Positions 13,114 to 27,470 of a stretch of 64,000 nt of DNA are shown here, piece by piece. This DNA is from Paraglomus brasilianum (Eukaryota). The stretch lies in NCBI GenBank assembly GCA_910592345.1, contig CAJVPI010000033.1, forward strand, positions 1 to 64,000. Direction: 5' to 3'. The position numbers and the translations under genes were made by a program. Below the pieces are notes generated by a model. That model did not search any database and had not been told where the DNA came from. It saw nothing but the letters and a program-made list of their open reading frames with translations. Positions within the stretch are counted from its first letter, which is position 1. The number at the start of each line of letters is the position of its first letter.

Positions 13114-14277
13114 ATGGCATTTTTACCCAAGAGCAACACTGAAACTCTCCGCAAGTACCTCGCCCTCGACCAAGGTGGCCGAGTCCAAGCCGAATATATC
13201 TGGATCGATGGTAACAATGGTCTCCGATCCAAGACGACGACTCTCGACTTTAAACCCACCGATGTCTCTGAACTGAAGGAATGGAATTTCGACGGTTCAT
13301 CCACTAATCAAGCTCCTGGTAACAACTCTGATGTATTGCTTCGTCCTGCCGCCATATTCAGGGATCCGTTCCGTGGTGGCGATAACATCCTCGTCCTGGC
13401 CGAATGCTACAATAATGATGGTACCCCTAACAAGACAAACTACCGCCATTCCGCTGCAAAGATCTTTGAGAAACATGCCGACGCGCATACCTGGTTCGGT
13501 CTTGAGCAAGAGTATACCTTGTTCGATTCGGAAGGAACCGTGTTGGGTTGGCCAAAGAGCGGATATCCGGCACCCCAAGGACCTTATTACTGTTCGGTTG
13601 GTGCTGATGTGGCATACGGGAGAGATATTGTCGAAGCACACTATAAAGCCTGTATGTACGCTGGTGTCAATATTTCTGGTATTAATGCTGAAGTCATGCC
13701 TGGTAAGGAATCTGATTAATGTTTAAATTCGAATTTTTTTTGTCGATATTTTGTTACGAATTTACTTATGTGCTTGCTTTTCTCTCTTTTCCCAAAAAAA
13801 GGTCAATGGGAATTCCAAATCGGTCCATGTGAAGGAATCTCGATGGGAGACCATCTTTGGATGGCTCGTTTCCTCCTCAAGCGTGTCGCAGAAGATTTTG
13901 GTGTCGTAGTATCTTTCCATCCGAAACCAATAAAAGGAGACTGGAATGGTGCCGGATGTCACACAAATTATTCGACAGAAGCAATGCGTAAAGAAGGAGG
14001 TATCAAGGCTATCTACGAAGCTATAGAAAAACTGGCTCAACGTCATGCCGAACACATAGCAGTATACGGAGAAGACAACGAACAGCGATTAACGGGTGAA
14101 CACGAAACGGGACACATTTCGCAATTCTCATCAGGTGTGGCTCATCGTGGCGCAAGTATTAGGATTCCTCGACATGTGGCAGCCGAAGGATGCGGTTATT
14201 TGGAAGACAGAAGACCTGCATCGAATATCGATCCGTACCGTGTGACCGCTATCATTACTGAAACGACGCTCGGATAG
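13114..14277 (+). CDS. GLN1: Glutamine synthetase (type II), one intron 13703-13801
   Basis: [85 protein letters not shown]. Confidence 0.98.
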
Positions 14278-15317
14278 GCCGGCGAGAGAACGACATCGGA
14301 ATAACAGCTGTCTTGGTTATATAATGTTCTTGGATATTCTCTTCTGATTAACGTATTTTCATAGTAGTTGTTTCAAAATAGTAAAACTCTAGCATTAGCA
14401 TGTTACTTTATATATATATTCCTAGGAGCTAATAATGTGCGCACTTTTTACTTTTTTTATCAGAGTATAAATTGGGAAATGGGTTTTAATTTTATTAATC
14501 ACACATTACAAACATATTTTTTGTCCACACTTCATCATATTATTATTATACATTTCTCATTTTGTATCATATAGAATTCAAAAAGACAAAAAAAATATAA
14601 ATAGTTAATTTAGCTCTGTTCGGCGAAAAAAAATTAGCTCTTGATAACATTAGCGGAAAAGTCGCGAAGTTCCGCGAAATGTTTGACAGAGATTTTTTTT
14701 TTGATTTTTTTTTTTATATTCAAGTGATTTATTTGGTTGGGTCTCCTCTTTCTTACATATGCATTTTTTTTCTACGAAGGACTTGTGCGCAGAGTCCGAA
14801 GTAAGGTTTACACACTCCCTCCCCTCCCTTGTAAATTCTTTCCATCCCTTGTAACATAATCTGTTGTATAATTTTGGCATTTCCCTTCCTTCAGGTTCAT
14901 CTTCCTAACATAAGAATTTTTTAAGACTAAATATATGTGTCGACAGCAGACAGAAAAAAAAAATACTCTCTAGGCAATGCGTCATGTATAATAATAATAA
15001 AAGGAAGACTGTATGCAATCATTGTCACATTTCCCATACAAATCACGTCTACGATTGATATATATGCGATGAGAATTGTCGATATTGACTGGTTTTTACG
15101 TTTACAGTGAATCTTGCCAAAGTAAGAAGAACGAAAGCGTTAACTAATGAGAACTATGAATAACATGCATGTAATAATGTAATGCTAACTCGAATGGCGT
15201 GGAGAGGAAAAAAGCGATGCAAGTTGAATCATTAGATTTTTAGCGATTCGATTCGATTATCTTAATAAAACGGGTCGATTGGATATATGGACATTTATGG
15301 GAAAATGCGAGAAAGGG

Positions 15318-15571
15318 ACGCACATCAACACAAGTGGCAAAATGATGACAATGTGACAAGCGTTACTTCCACGAAGAAGAGAACGATAGTAGATTCGAAA
15401 GGTCAATTTATCATGCGTGCAGTGTGTGGTGTGAGAGAGTTACGCACATCAGCACAAGTGGCAAAATAATAACAATGTGACAAGCGTTACTTCCATGAAA
15501 AAGAGAACGATAGAGATTCGAAAGGTCAATTTATCATGCGTGCAGCGTGTGGTGTGAGAGAGTTGTGCACA
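15318..15571. repeat. Tandem duplication, two ~124-bp units
   Basis: acgcacatca(a/g)cacaagtggcaaaat...gtgtggtgtgagagagtt begins at 15318 and again at 15442, with a few substitutions and a 1-nt indel. Confidence 0.9.
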
Positions 15572-17859
15572 AGTTCGTAGCGATGTATAAACCTATCACC
15601 ACACATTCTGTAAAGAGAAATCACGTTGGCTATGACAGTTGACTGAACTGTTGTATCTTTTAACACTGTCATGTCTTTGGGATTGCGATTTATACGTTTG
15701 GCAAATATGAACAAATACGTCTCTCTTTGAATACGTTGACAGAAAGAATCAGCTTCAAATAGTGTACGACTTTTATTGGCGAGCAAGGAGTTTTTATACT
15801 TGCGATAAGACAAAATCTATTATTTATCCGAGCAATCAGCAGACGTGCGATTATCTATTACAAAAAATTACAATTGTTTCGATGTACCAATCATATAAAT
15901 GCTGTTTATCTCATAAGCAATGATCTATAGATATCCCGCCAAACACCGAAATTTACCCAGTCGTGATTGGAGTCTTGCTGTAACAAAGCGAATAGTACAT
16001 ACAGAATCATCCCCTCTCCTGATCCAATTACATGTTTATCTCGACTTTTAACAAGGCTCGAAATCAGTTCTACAACATTGCTGTTTCACAAATAGTAAAG
16101 CATTGAGATGATGCACGATAAATCAAATCTATTGTCTTTTTTCTTTTCTCATAGTTTGGCTTGCTATTTGTTCCCTTCCCGTTTTTTTCTTTCCCACTAA
16201 CCATTTCAGACCTTATCGTAATTACGGGATGCATGCCTGATTATGTGTTCCAGATCTATCTCGTTATTGACAAACGGGCTGCGATAATATTGATAAATAT
16301 TTATTACCAGTTTATAATAAGGCAAATTGTACACTTTATCGTTTAATATTAATATCAAATTTATATTGACAGCTTTTAACCTATAACCACCCACATGAAC
16401 CGAGCTAACGCTGTTGCATAGTATAACCTTTGTTGCGTCTTGCGGAAACGTCTGTCTTGTCGTACGCGCAAGCCTGTATACCAAAAAACGGACGTTAGCA
16501 AACATTTATTGCCTGGTGTGAGCCAATCCGGGACTAGTTCTGAACCAGAACTGGACTAGTTAATGTGAGAATGAACTATCCTAAACCTATGTTTTGAAAA
16601 CATGTTTATCATGTCACGACAGCGTTGTATGATCATTGGAGCTCACATGCAGTAGTGCAGTAACTATATAGCGTATGTTGACTGAATCACAAGCTGTGGT
16701 ATACTAATGACTAGCTACTGCTGATAAGTGAATGATTATGATATAGGTAAGACGTTCCACAGATCTACAAACGCGAACTAAGTACTTGTTTATTATTTAT
16801 TATCTTGCATGCTTCTATTTCGTTTTATTAAATTACCGTTTCAAGTGTCCGTGTATCTAACATGTACAGTATCTAAAGAAATATTATTATTAAATTCGAA
16901 TAAAAAATGATCAATTGACTGTAGTTGAGAAATTGTACCAGCAAGCGTGCAGTTCCGACTTCGTATGTGGATGGTATAAGGCCAGAATTCATTGAACATA
17001 CCGAAATTATTTCATACTTTCGTGACTTATATTCGGTATAATGCTCAAGAGAACGGCTCGGTGACTGTTTTTCAAGACAATAATTTTTTAATGATAGAAC
17101 TTTACGACATTTGATCCTAGCAAATTTAATCGCCAGCGGTAATCTTTGGCCTTTACAGTAACATAATTGGAAACGTCAAAGCTGAAATTTCTGACCGACT
17201 TCAACAATGTCGGAAAGCTTCATAGCGTTGAAATGGGCAATGTCTATAGCGTGACTCTTGAATTTTATACTCTCAATACCGCATATAACTAATGCCTGGA
17301 TCGTAATGATTTTAATGCTGCACACGGCGAAAAAAAAAACACTCGAGTATTCAGAGAAAATTTCTTTAGTTGGTTAGAACTCCTTGCTTCAATCCAATCG
17401 AAGAGAAAGATTTCTTCTCAAATAGCTAATAGAAAATCCTTCCTGTAATTATTGTGGCAGATTAAAACGACAACGAAATTTGGGTCCTCTCTTGATTAAC
17501 AAACGTCACCCTAAATTCCCAAAAAATTGTCCCGTCGGTTTAATCTGTCACAGTTATTCCTATCTCATCTCGTGTATCTACCTGAATTCAATAACTTACT
17601 TTTAATGCCTCAACAGCGTCTATTATTTTCAAGTATAGGATTTCCTTGATTTGTTCATGTGATGTTACTAATAAATTTATTACTATCCTTTATAATTAAC
17701 TTTACACTCTCATCAACGAATTGTATTCTAACAACTTAATTTACTTCAACCATCATTGCTAAAGTTTGAACAGACAAACAATCCGGATGAATATTTACCT
17801 CCAATAGCATATATCACAACAGCCATGACTAGAACTAGCACTCATTATTCCTCATCACG

Positions 17860-18953
17860 TTAAACAAGTTTCTTGGTCTCAAAGAAACTCTTCAGATGCC
17901 GCATTTGCCACAAACAAGTTATCCCCAGTACAATCAATTGCACTATAGTCCACACTACCGCGCGTGAATTAGTAAGTTCAGATTGATCTCTGAATTCTGC
18001 TTCTCTTTCCTAATAATGGTATAAAAAGGAATGTAAACCAAATTCTTTGTATGTCTTTGTCACATGCAAATTTGTGGGATTCTACAGGACTAATAGAGCA
18101 AATTTATCAACTTTAGTTGTACTTACTCTCTGATAATTTTGTTCTCTCCTAATATCAGCGATGCGATGGTTCAGATCACGCACCCGCTGAGATAGATCTA
18201 TCGAACAATTAGTCAGTTCTGTATTCTCTCAAAAAGTCCATCATAGTGAGAGCGTAGAGTTTTCGCTACAGTTGTTCTTTCATACTTCTCAAACCTCCAA
18301 CAATCTCGCCTATGACCACCCTCCTCCTTGCCTCTTTCTCTTCCCACACTTCCTTACCGGTAATTTGATTAGCTTCAGTATCGTCACTGTTCATAGCATC
18401 TCCGATAGCCATATCCAAATGTAACCTAACCTGAATGCTCGAGAACCACGAGCTAGAGTTCGTTCGGAAGCAAATGGCATGATCGCCTGACTCGACTGCC
18501 GTGAATGTAAAAGTGCCACTCGACGGACCTTTTTGATTAACTAAACGAGAATTATGCGGTAGTTCTTCAACTGTAATTTGGATCCCGAGGCCTCGATTCT
18601 CGTGGAACTGTTTTTGTTTATCGGACCATTCTTCGGCTTTAAAAGTACCTATAAACGAGACGTTGAAACAGATGTCAGAGAAGCAGTATAGACGTCGATG
18701 AATGAAATATTTGTCCAGAGAATGTGAGCGATTCAAAACATCCTAAATATAATCATACAAGATTTATCTGATAACCTATTCATAGCTTACCAACAACGAC
18801 AGTTTCTTTCGGAAGTTCTTCAAGAAAACACTTTTGCTCACTCCCTTCCAAATAGAAATACAACGCCTCTGTCCGTAGACAAAACAGAGCCAGCAGAGTG
18901 AGGGCTACCAGCATGAACGATACCCTAAAATTCAATTGCTTGCTACCCATCAT
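17860..18953 (-). CDS. p24/emp24/gp25L cargo receptor (p24-alpha-like), multi-exon
   Basis: Signal peptide, then [30 protein letters not shown] domain [36 protein letters not shown] helix, [16 protein letters not shown] (FF plus KKxx). Confidence 0.93.
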
Positions 18954-20745
18954 CTCTCTTTCGAATCTATGGTGGTCGTTATTATCTCTTCTAAACAAAA
19001 TATTGCGTTACTCAAAAACCTCGATGTCTGCGTTCACGTGAATGTTGACCAAAAATCTAATTTAATAAAATTACTGATTAAATGTTTACAGCTTCTCAAC
19101 AAAGATATAGTTAAAAATTGTCATTTTGATTGTACAGGTACATTCTAATTGTATGTATAAGTACGCTGTGAGGCCAGATTGTCCGAATCGCTGTACTTAT
19201 GAAACTTTGTTGCCAGCAGTTAATTTAGATTATATATAAGTAGCTTTTGCAAACACCTTCCGATCATCGAATCATGCAATACGGTTCCGTAATAAAAGCG
19301 CATATTAATATTTACAGACTATTCTAAAATTCGTAAATGCCGATGACATATGGCATGTAAGTTTTTGTATATGCAACAACCCGATGAGAATGATTTTTAT
19401 GCTAGCAGTGATAAAAACTATGTTAATTACTGACATGATTCGATATTTATATGTAAAATCTCCTCAGTCACGCGCGAGTTGACCATTCTTGTACCAAAAA
19501 CGATATAAGCAGTTGTTAATTTCGCTAGCCAACACCATCTTCAGGTTTATAAAGTTCTTCGTATTTACTGTGGTTGGCAAAAGCGGTTGCTAATTAATTG
19601 TTCATAAACGAAGTAGACGTGGATACTGCAAGTTAATTAGCATTCGATAGAAGAGTGATCATTTTGCTCTCCCCTGTTGTCGTAATATTTTATCACTGAC
19701 AACACAGTAACAGTAAAAGAGCTATTCAACATTAATTGGTTTAATGTCATGGATATTCTGAATGCTTTCTGATGCTATTTATTTGAACCTGCTGCACACC
19801 ATGATGTTGCCACTTAGTTGAACTGCTGAATTGATAAGAGATTGGACAATCAAACCGATTGCTTCTAAAAACCTTTGGGACCAGGTGTTATTCAATGCTT
19901 CCCAGTCCTCTGGGTGTGAGACAATAGCATGGGAGAGAAATTATGTATAAGAAAACGTGAATGCTTGGATGGCATATGGTTAGAGAGAATTTTTGCATAG
20001 CGGGAAAGGGAAAGAAATGAATACAGCTTTGTCCAGGAGACTTTTCAGAGTAAGAGTGGACGTATCCATGAACCCAGTGAGATGCCGAATAAATACGATA
20101 TGCGCAAATTAGTAATACGCAGAAAAATTACGTACGGCGTAGACATATACGCTCGAAGGAGAAAAAGTTTATCTGACGTTCAGTCGTGCAAAGGCTATGC
20201 TAGCTGTTAGTGAAGCGCGCTTGGTATTTTACAAAGAGGCGGTATGACGCGTAACTAATGGCCGAGAATGAATTCGGGATCGGACGGTAAAAAGTACCGC
20301 ACAATGGCTCTCGACAAGATGATTCGCTGTCATTCTCATTTATACGTATAGAAAAGTCTCTCGAAACGACAGATCTGTAGCCGCTTGGAATTAAACATCA
20401 TTGTAAAGAAACTCTTGCCTTTCGCAGTAGGTTATTTTCTCGGTAGTACAGGATTAAACCATGCTGTTGCACAATTTTCTACATACTCGAGTTCTTCGAT
20501 AGGGAAGCGACAGATTTATACTCATAATGTGCCTTTGCTCCTCTTATTATTGGTGGACGTGAGAACTCTTATTTAAAAGCCGCCTTGCTATAAATAAATG
20601 GCATCAAAAGCTTAAGATGAGATGCCACTTTTATCATAGTGTAGCCAATTTAAGAGACTGTGCGAGCTCAAGTATAAATCTAATACACCGAAAGGAAGTT
20701 TATCTCCACTACTGTATTTTCTCATAGAATAACCCACCTACCAAA

Positions 20746-21998
20746 ATGTTATTACGGCGAAACCTTACGTTGGCGTTCTTTCTTGTTTTTATAATATTTG
20801 CTTTAATTGCCGCGGCCGAGGATACTGATGTGGTTGGCGAAGATGCAACAAATGTTACGGAAGCTCGCAATAAAGAGGCAGCAGAGGAGATAGAGGTGTG
20901 AATCGTGCCAAGATGTTTTGCTCGTATAAATCACTTTCGACCTTGTTAACCTATACTTTCACATACGCACCTCACAATACATGCATATGTATACTACCAT
21001 TAGAAACAAGTGGTGAACGTGGAAGCCGAAGATCCGGACCTCGTTGGCTCTGTATTTGATATCGACTTTCAACATCCTGGTCCTCATGAGCCATTGATGT
21101 CTGCCGAGGATTCGCAATCCTTTTTCTTCTCAATCTTGATGATAATATTTTCTGAAATTGGGGACAAGACGTTCTTTATTGCTGCTATCATGGCGATGCG
21201 CAACTCGCGTCTCGTAGTATTCTCTGCCGCCTTTGCATCGCTTGTAGTGATGTCTATTCTTTCCGCAGCTCTTGGTCATACGGTTCCCAACATCATCCCT
21301 CGCAAGTATACTGCCTACCTCGCATCGCTTTTATTTATGTTCTTTGGTGCCCGTATGGCTTACGAGAGTTGGCACATGTCATCTGACGAGGCCAAACAGG
21401 AATTCGAAGAAGTACAGGCAGAGTTGAAAGAAAAAGAGGACATTGAAATGATGGAAGCAGTCGAGAGTGGATTGGTCAATGATAAAGGGGAAAGCGGCGG
21501 ATTTAAACAGGGCTTGTCAAATTTGTGCCAATTCTTATTTTCACCGACTTTTACGCAAACCTTTATTCTAACCTTTTTGGGAGAATGGGGGGATCGGTCA
21601 CAAATTGCTACCATTGCTTTGGCAGCATCCAAGGTAAAATTTCATTTAAATGGCGGGAGGGGAAGATAAAGTTGGGAAGAGTATGTTCGTGTTCACCCGC
21701 ACTTTATCTTTCAGCTAATACAATTCCTTGAATCAGGATGTATATTTTGTAACTCTGGGAACAATCACTGGACATAGCTTGTGTACGGGATTGGCAGTTG
21801 TTGGTGGCGGCTTACTGGCTGAAAGGATTTCTGTTAGAACAAGTAAGTATTCTGTATTCGAATCGGTAATGATGCAGGATTCACACTTAGTTTTTTTTTC
21901 TTTGCCTTTTTCCATCGCGATTAGTTACATTATCAGGAGCAGTACTTTTTATAATATTTGGCGTTCTATATCTCTACGAAGCAGTGTACGACGTGTAA
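20746..21998 (+). CDS. GDT1: GDT1/TMEM165 (UPF0016) Ca2+/Mn2+ transporter, multi-exon
   Basis: Signal peptide. Twin motifs SEIGDKTFF and GEWGDRSQIAT, GHSLCTGLAVVGG, final exon VTLSGAVLFIIFG...AVYDV*. Confidence 0.95.
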
Positions 21999-22767
21999 TC
22001 ATTAACTCTGCATTATTATATTATTCACCAACGCAACAACACAACTGAATTTGTCTTGGTATCAAACATTAATTATTTATATATGTCATGATGACTTATA
22101 TATATATATATAATAACTAGATAATTGCTACCACGATACCTTAGAGTGCTCGCTAAAGATATTTGTGCAAGATTTATTTGTAACCTATAAACAGAAAGAG
22201 CATTTTCACCAAATCTGTATTAGTACACTATCAATTGATTTGTATAGTCTGAAAACGTGATCATGCTACAAATATCTGTGAGCATGACCGCATATTTGTA
22301 TTGTGACGTTTAGAAAGCTACCAATAAACGTACATTCAAGCAAGAAGTTATAAACCAACTATGATCTCATCGCATTTTCAATGTAGGAAACTTGTGAAGA
22401 AACGATCTATACGTAAATCTGATCCAAAGTATTAGTACGCGTAGCTATTATTTAAGCCCCCGCTTTAGACGCATGCTACTTTCTAGAGATGACGCGCTCC
22501 ACATGTGGATACTTTAACACAATTATATGGATTACCAGAATCCGGATTTTTTATGGACTCTCTGCCTAGTTCTCTCATCACTTGTAAAACATTGTTTACA
22601 ATAATCTCGCGAGCATTATAATCTTATTTTTCTTTATAAAAGATTAACCTTTTTTTTTCCCTTTTGGGATAAAAAAAAAAGCAAAAGCAAAAATGTCTAT
22701 TTACAGTATAGTCCATTGCAGTTGCGATCGAATTAGCCATCGAACGACGCCGAAAGTGTAAACAATG

Positions 22768-23397
22768 TTATATTTCGGTGTTCTCGTAACTAGTTTCATT
22801 AGCGGACATGTAACCACGTTCATCCTCTGCACAGCTCTCAAAACTATCTTCTTCACTCTGGTATTCTCCACCACCATCGTATACACGAGCCACATCCTGA
22901 AAACTCTTTCTGTGGGCGGGATAATCGTCCATTCCATTCATGTCACTCGAATTCCGTGATTCTGGATTGCTAGGCACGTCTTTCGCCCGACTTTTGCCCT
23001 TATCGGCGCGCCGGCGAAAGGATGATTCTGATTTGATAGACTCTTTGTCTCTGAACGGAAGCCATTTTTGAAATATTTTCTCGGATAACGAGGAATTGGA
23101 ATTGCGACGAATGAAAGATTTAAGTGACCACCTTTTTGATGAAAGCCTGGGCGCGTTATGAGGATAACGAGAAATGCCTTCTTTATAATCTTTATCCCTA
23201 CTACTATCGTCGTACACCCCAACGTTGTGCTTTCTTCCTTTCCTCTTCACGTCCACTACTTCTCTCCCATTCTCAGCATTCCTCACTTTATCAGACTCAA
23301 TTGCAACATTTTCGTCTTCTTCTTGATACTGTCTCTGACGCCGCTGACGCCTCTTCGTCTCTCCCCTAATTTCCTCTTGTTGTGCCCGATCATATAG
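22768..23397 (-). other. 209-codon open frame directly after, and in frame with, the PfkB kinase TGA (candidate readthrough extension)
   Basis: TTC TGA CTA TAT GAT CGG... No stop until TAA at 22768-22770. The ORF-track entry 22768..23286 is its distal part. Confidence 0.55.
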
Positions 23398-25148
23398 TCA
23401 GAATGCATGTTGATTCATTTTCTCAACAACACTATCAAAACCAATCTGTGCACATTTATGTCCGGCTAGTTCACATGCGAAACGAAGAACATTTTCGGGA
23501 GACACGCCCAGAGAAAGACCATATATGACTCCGGCAATAAAGGTGTCACCAGCACCAACCGTGTCCACGACGCTTGTAATGGGAATAGCCGGAGCCGTGT
23601 ATAATTTTTGAGTCGGATTATGAAAGCAGGATGCTCCGGCATCGCCCCAAGTGCAAAATAAGTAGGCTCTGAGAGTTTCGTAGGTAATTGAATGATATTA
23701 GTGAAATGACTCGATGACAAACGAGAACATTTAACAGTTGACGTTGAATATTTTGTTACACCATTGCATCAACAGACACCACCACTTACGACCAACATTT
23801 AGACGTATATAATTTGTGCATGATATAAAAAAGTCATAATGCAATATGCAACAAACATCCAACTCTTGACTGTCTACTTACGTGCTTTTACAAGCGGGAC
23901 CCATAACAGTCAAAAAATCTCCCGGATGATCATACCCTTTGCCCTCAGCAAACACTTTCGAGAAAAATATCACGTCCGCCCTACGCATTAATTGTTCTAA
24001 ACCCTGCCTATGTGGTTTCTCCAGTTCTACGCTGATTACTGCTCGTGATCTCCAAGATTTCGTGCCAACATAGTCCATCATCTTTGCTGTTTCTTCAACA
24101 TTTCTTCCTTCAAAATGAATCCAATGAAACGGCACATCGCCCATTAGAGATGACATTGTTTCGACATCACACAGTTCATCAAATTTATCTCCGAATTCCT
24201 CTAAAGTTAATTCCTCTATGCTGTTTTTTTAAAGACCGGAAGAGAGTAAAGAATATTGAGTGAGTACGATAGATGACTATAGTGGGGGATGTAATGTCTG
24301 TGGATTAAAAAGAAAAATCAAAGGTTACGAATAGGTGTGTGATACTTATATAAGCATGGTCGTCCTCCGTTGTATATCAGACGGATCTTCTACGTTCAAC
24401 TTATTCCTTCTTGTCTCTGACTCTGTTTCAACATAATTTTATTCACACCCATAACTAACCTATTATAATTTATTATTGTCCGTGAACTTGTTTCTTCGGC
24501 TTGGATTATGTATGCTACGGGAGAATGAAATGCATTCGGGCGGAATATACATGCAGAGGTCTGAATCCCATGTTTTTCGAAATCAGTTATCAGAAAACTA
24601 TTTCACAAGAAGTTTAGTTAGTAGAGAATAAGATCGAGGAGGGTGTGAGAGAGAGTGAGTTAAAGAAGGATAGTAGACAGATCTATTGCTACATGGTAAT
24701 TCTGGTGACAATTTTACAATTTCTTGTCTATAGGGAGAGGGGAGGGGAGGTTTTTAGATGGCCTATACCTCTCGCACCTTGTTCACCCGTATACTCTAAG
24801 CTTAATTTCTTACTTTACTCACAAGTAAGCATTTAACTACGAGTTATTCTTGTACACTGCTTACTTTGATGCCTCCCTTGAAGCCATGGAAGCTATGAAA
24901 TAAGGTCGAAAATGCGGAAACTGTGATAATACGGTCAACGTATTTCCTGCATTTCCACCTCTTCGTTTCTCCACTCTTTGCGCTCTCTGTTTGCCGTCCT
25001 CGGGCGGGAACTTGTCTACATACAATATTGTATCCTCGTATACGGCACCGATAGCAAGTATTTTTAACGATCTTTGCTGGTGGTTAACGTAAGAAGACGT
25101 ATCTTCTGACTGATAAGAGTCAGACGGGTATTCTTCGGTGAATGACAT
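23398..25148 (-). CDS. PfkB-family carbohydrate kinase (ketohexokinase-like), multi-exon
   Basis: KRRGGNAGNT, WIHFEGRN, ISVELEKP, ADVIFFSK, CTWGDAGA, DTVGAGDTFIAG. Ends KCAQIGFDSVVEKMNQHAF-TGA (23398-23400). Confidence 0.92.
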
Positions 25149-26639
25149 TTTTCTTCTAGTCCTATGCGTATTAGTATGGTGAATTGCTAAAAAAAAAAGG
25201 TTGATTTCAGGGGACAGCAATGGTTAGGACCCTATATTAATATTTATTTTCCTACACTTTGCTTCGTACAAAAAAAAATTAAAATTGACTGAAACAGACT
25301 AATTAAAAAAAAAGAGAGAATAATACCAATCGCTTATTTATTTATGTGCTTCGAATTTTGGCAAATATCGTCATCAAAGAAGGTCATGATTCATGAGCTT
25401 TAATCTTGCCAATGAAAAGGCGCTTTCAAGTTTTGAATTCTCTAACATTAAGGCAACATAAACTAGAACAATATCGTTGTCTTTTATAAACACGGATCAA
25501 TTTTATTACGTAGTGAGGCGCGTTTTTCTTTTCTTTCTTTTCTTTTCTTTTTGCAATGGTAAAAATATTAGCTATGACAAGGTGTCGTGGGCTGCACAGG
25601 ATCGCTATAATACTTAGTACCAAAAAATGGACGTCAAGTTAAAAACAGTTCCCTCTGACTAATCAAAAAGGTGACGATTCTTTGGTCACTCTAGAAATAG
25701 AGGAACCGTTATTGGCGTCACACAATTATTGATTTCCTGAGTATTTATGCATCAATACATTAGTGCCACATTGTGTGGAACATTCTCACACAATGCAAAC
25801 GTCTATGCGTAGACACGAGTCTAGCATAGTTGAAACTGTTTATCTTTTGTCAAATTTCTATTTCTCGTTGGTGGTGTCAAAGGAGTCATTCACGTTTTAC
25901 ATAGTCTTTTATGTGGGATGAACCGAATGGCGCGTTGCTCGGCTTATTGTAAGATAATTGTAAGTGTTATTAATAAAAGGAAAGCAAACCTTCGTGATTC
26001 ACATAGTTTAAAGTGTTACAAAAACGTAAATTTTATCTTTCTATAGAGAATATGGTGCTCCAACTTAAACTCTATACTCGACCTGTCTTTAAAATTTTTC
26101 CAACCCAAGTAGAGACTTTTTTTTGCCAGTAATTGTGTTTATTGCAATAAGTTACTGGCTAGTTTGTCATAAAAATGCCTCTATACTGAGTTAAACGGTT
26201 TTAAAGCTGGAGTACTTTTTATAATAATATATAAGCTCTCCGAGAAATTGTAAAACCGAAGCAAAATTTCTGGCGAAAAAGAAACTATACAACATTTAAA
26301 TTCTTTATTCAAAAAATTCATTAATATTATCTGATAATCAACGATGTAATTCATACTTTTTTACTGAATTTTTCGCGAATTTTTTTACTATTTAATACTC
26401 CTGAAATTAATTTTACAAATTGTCATATTTATAACTGCATCTGGTTTGCATATCTGCCCCCACAATTTTTGCTCTGTCTCTTGGTTGTTGTTGTTTTTTT
26501 TTAGCTTATCCACTCGTCGCGGGCTTGCTTGGCTTGATTAATTAAATTAACAATTTCTTGGTAGTCTTCGGCTCCAACTTGGCTAGGTAATTTTTCTATT
26601 TTTTCATGAATATCTTCTTAAATGAAACTTTGGATACTT

Positions 26640-27470
26640 CTTACATATTAAAGTTGTCAAGCCATGCCTGTACAAGAAGAGCTTTCACAAACATTATTTA
26701 AAGACATGTTACATATATGCCTAATACTGTTACATTAATATTAATTGCCATATTTATCTAAAGTGGTAATCATCATTAAACTATTTCTAAGCGCCGTAGA
26801 CTGTGGGGTTTCCTACCGTTGGATCAGCATTTGCTTTGTGGATTGAACATGCTATACATCATGAACAAGTTCTTACTGGTGAAATATTAAAAGTTAAAAT
26901 AACTTCCAAGCTTCTCCTGGGTGGGTTACAAATTTCAAAAACGTCACAATTTAAGCCAATTATTTGCTCGTCATGAAGGTAATTTTGCGCCTCTGGAAGA
27001 TCTGCCCACGATTTTTCGTAACGAACTGCAACGACTTATTCAATCATATCCAGTTGAAGACGTTTTAATTATCGTCTGGATCTTGTTAAAACGCTAACGC
27101 ACGGCCCTGTAAGAGAAAGAAAGAAAGCAAAAGATCGTAAGTGCTACAGGAGAGAAATTGAAACCTCTGTTGATCCATAAATATCAAAATCCACGACCAC
27201 TCAATGGAATTGACAAAGGTATTTTTATTCTGGCTATTGAACTCAACCACATGGATGCAAACGTCAATTTTCAATCACTGGCTTTGTAAACTTAATGCAA
27301 ATCACGTCGAACCTTCCTATTGCTCGTGCGTTTGGGTTATTCGAGTGATGTGTGCTATTCTTGTGCGTTCTCACCAGTTTATCGAGCCAATTGAATTGGA
27401 AATTGGAAATAAAATATAGCAAAAAAAGGTAATACCATCTATGGCTTCTTGCCCCCTTCAACGGCTCGAT
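26640..27470 (+). mobile_element. Degenerate pogo/Tigger (CENP-B/DDE_1) transposase
   Basis: Frameshifted segments AFALWIEHA..LTGEILK, FQASPGWVTNFK.RHNL, APLEDLP..RNELQRLIQSYPVEDVF, KESKDR, EKLKPLLIHKYQNPRPL, NSTTWMQTSIFNHWL. Confidence 0.8.

Noticed and set aside
13047..14055. Antisense and alternate-frame ORFs over GLN1 (similar ones over the LEU fusion and Zn2Cys6 genes)
   Set aside because: Shadows of biased codon usage; no motifs.
19790..20100. Slightly GC-richer, coding-like stretch between p24 and GDT1
   Set aside because: Short, interrupted frames with no identifiable motif; cannot support a call.
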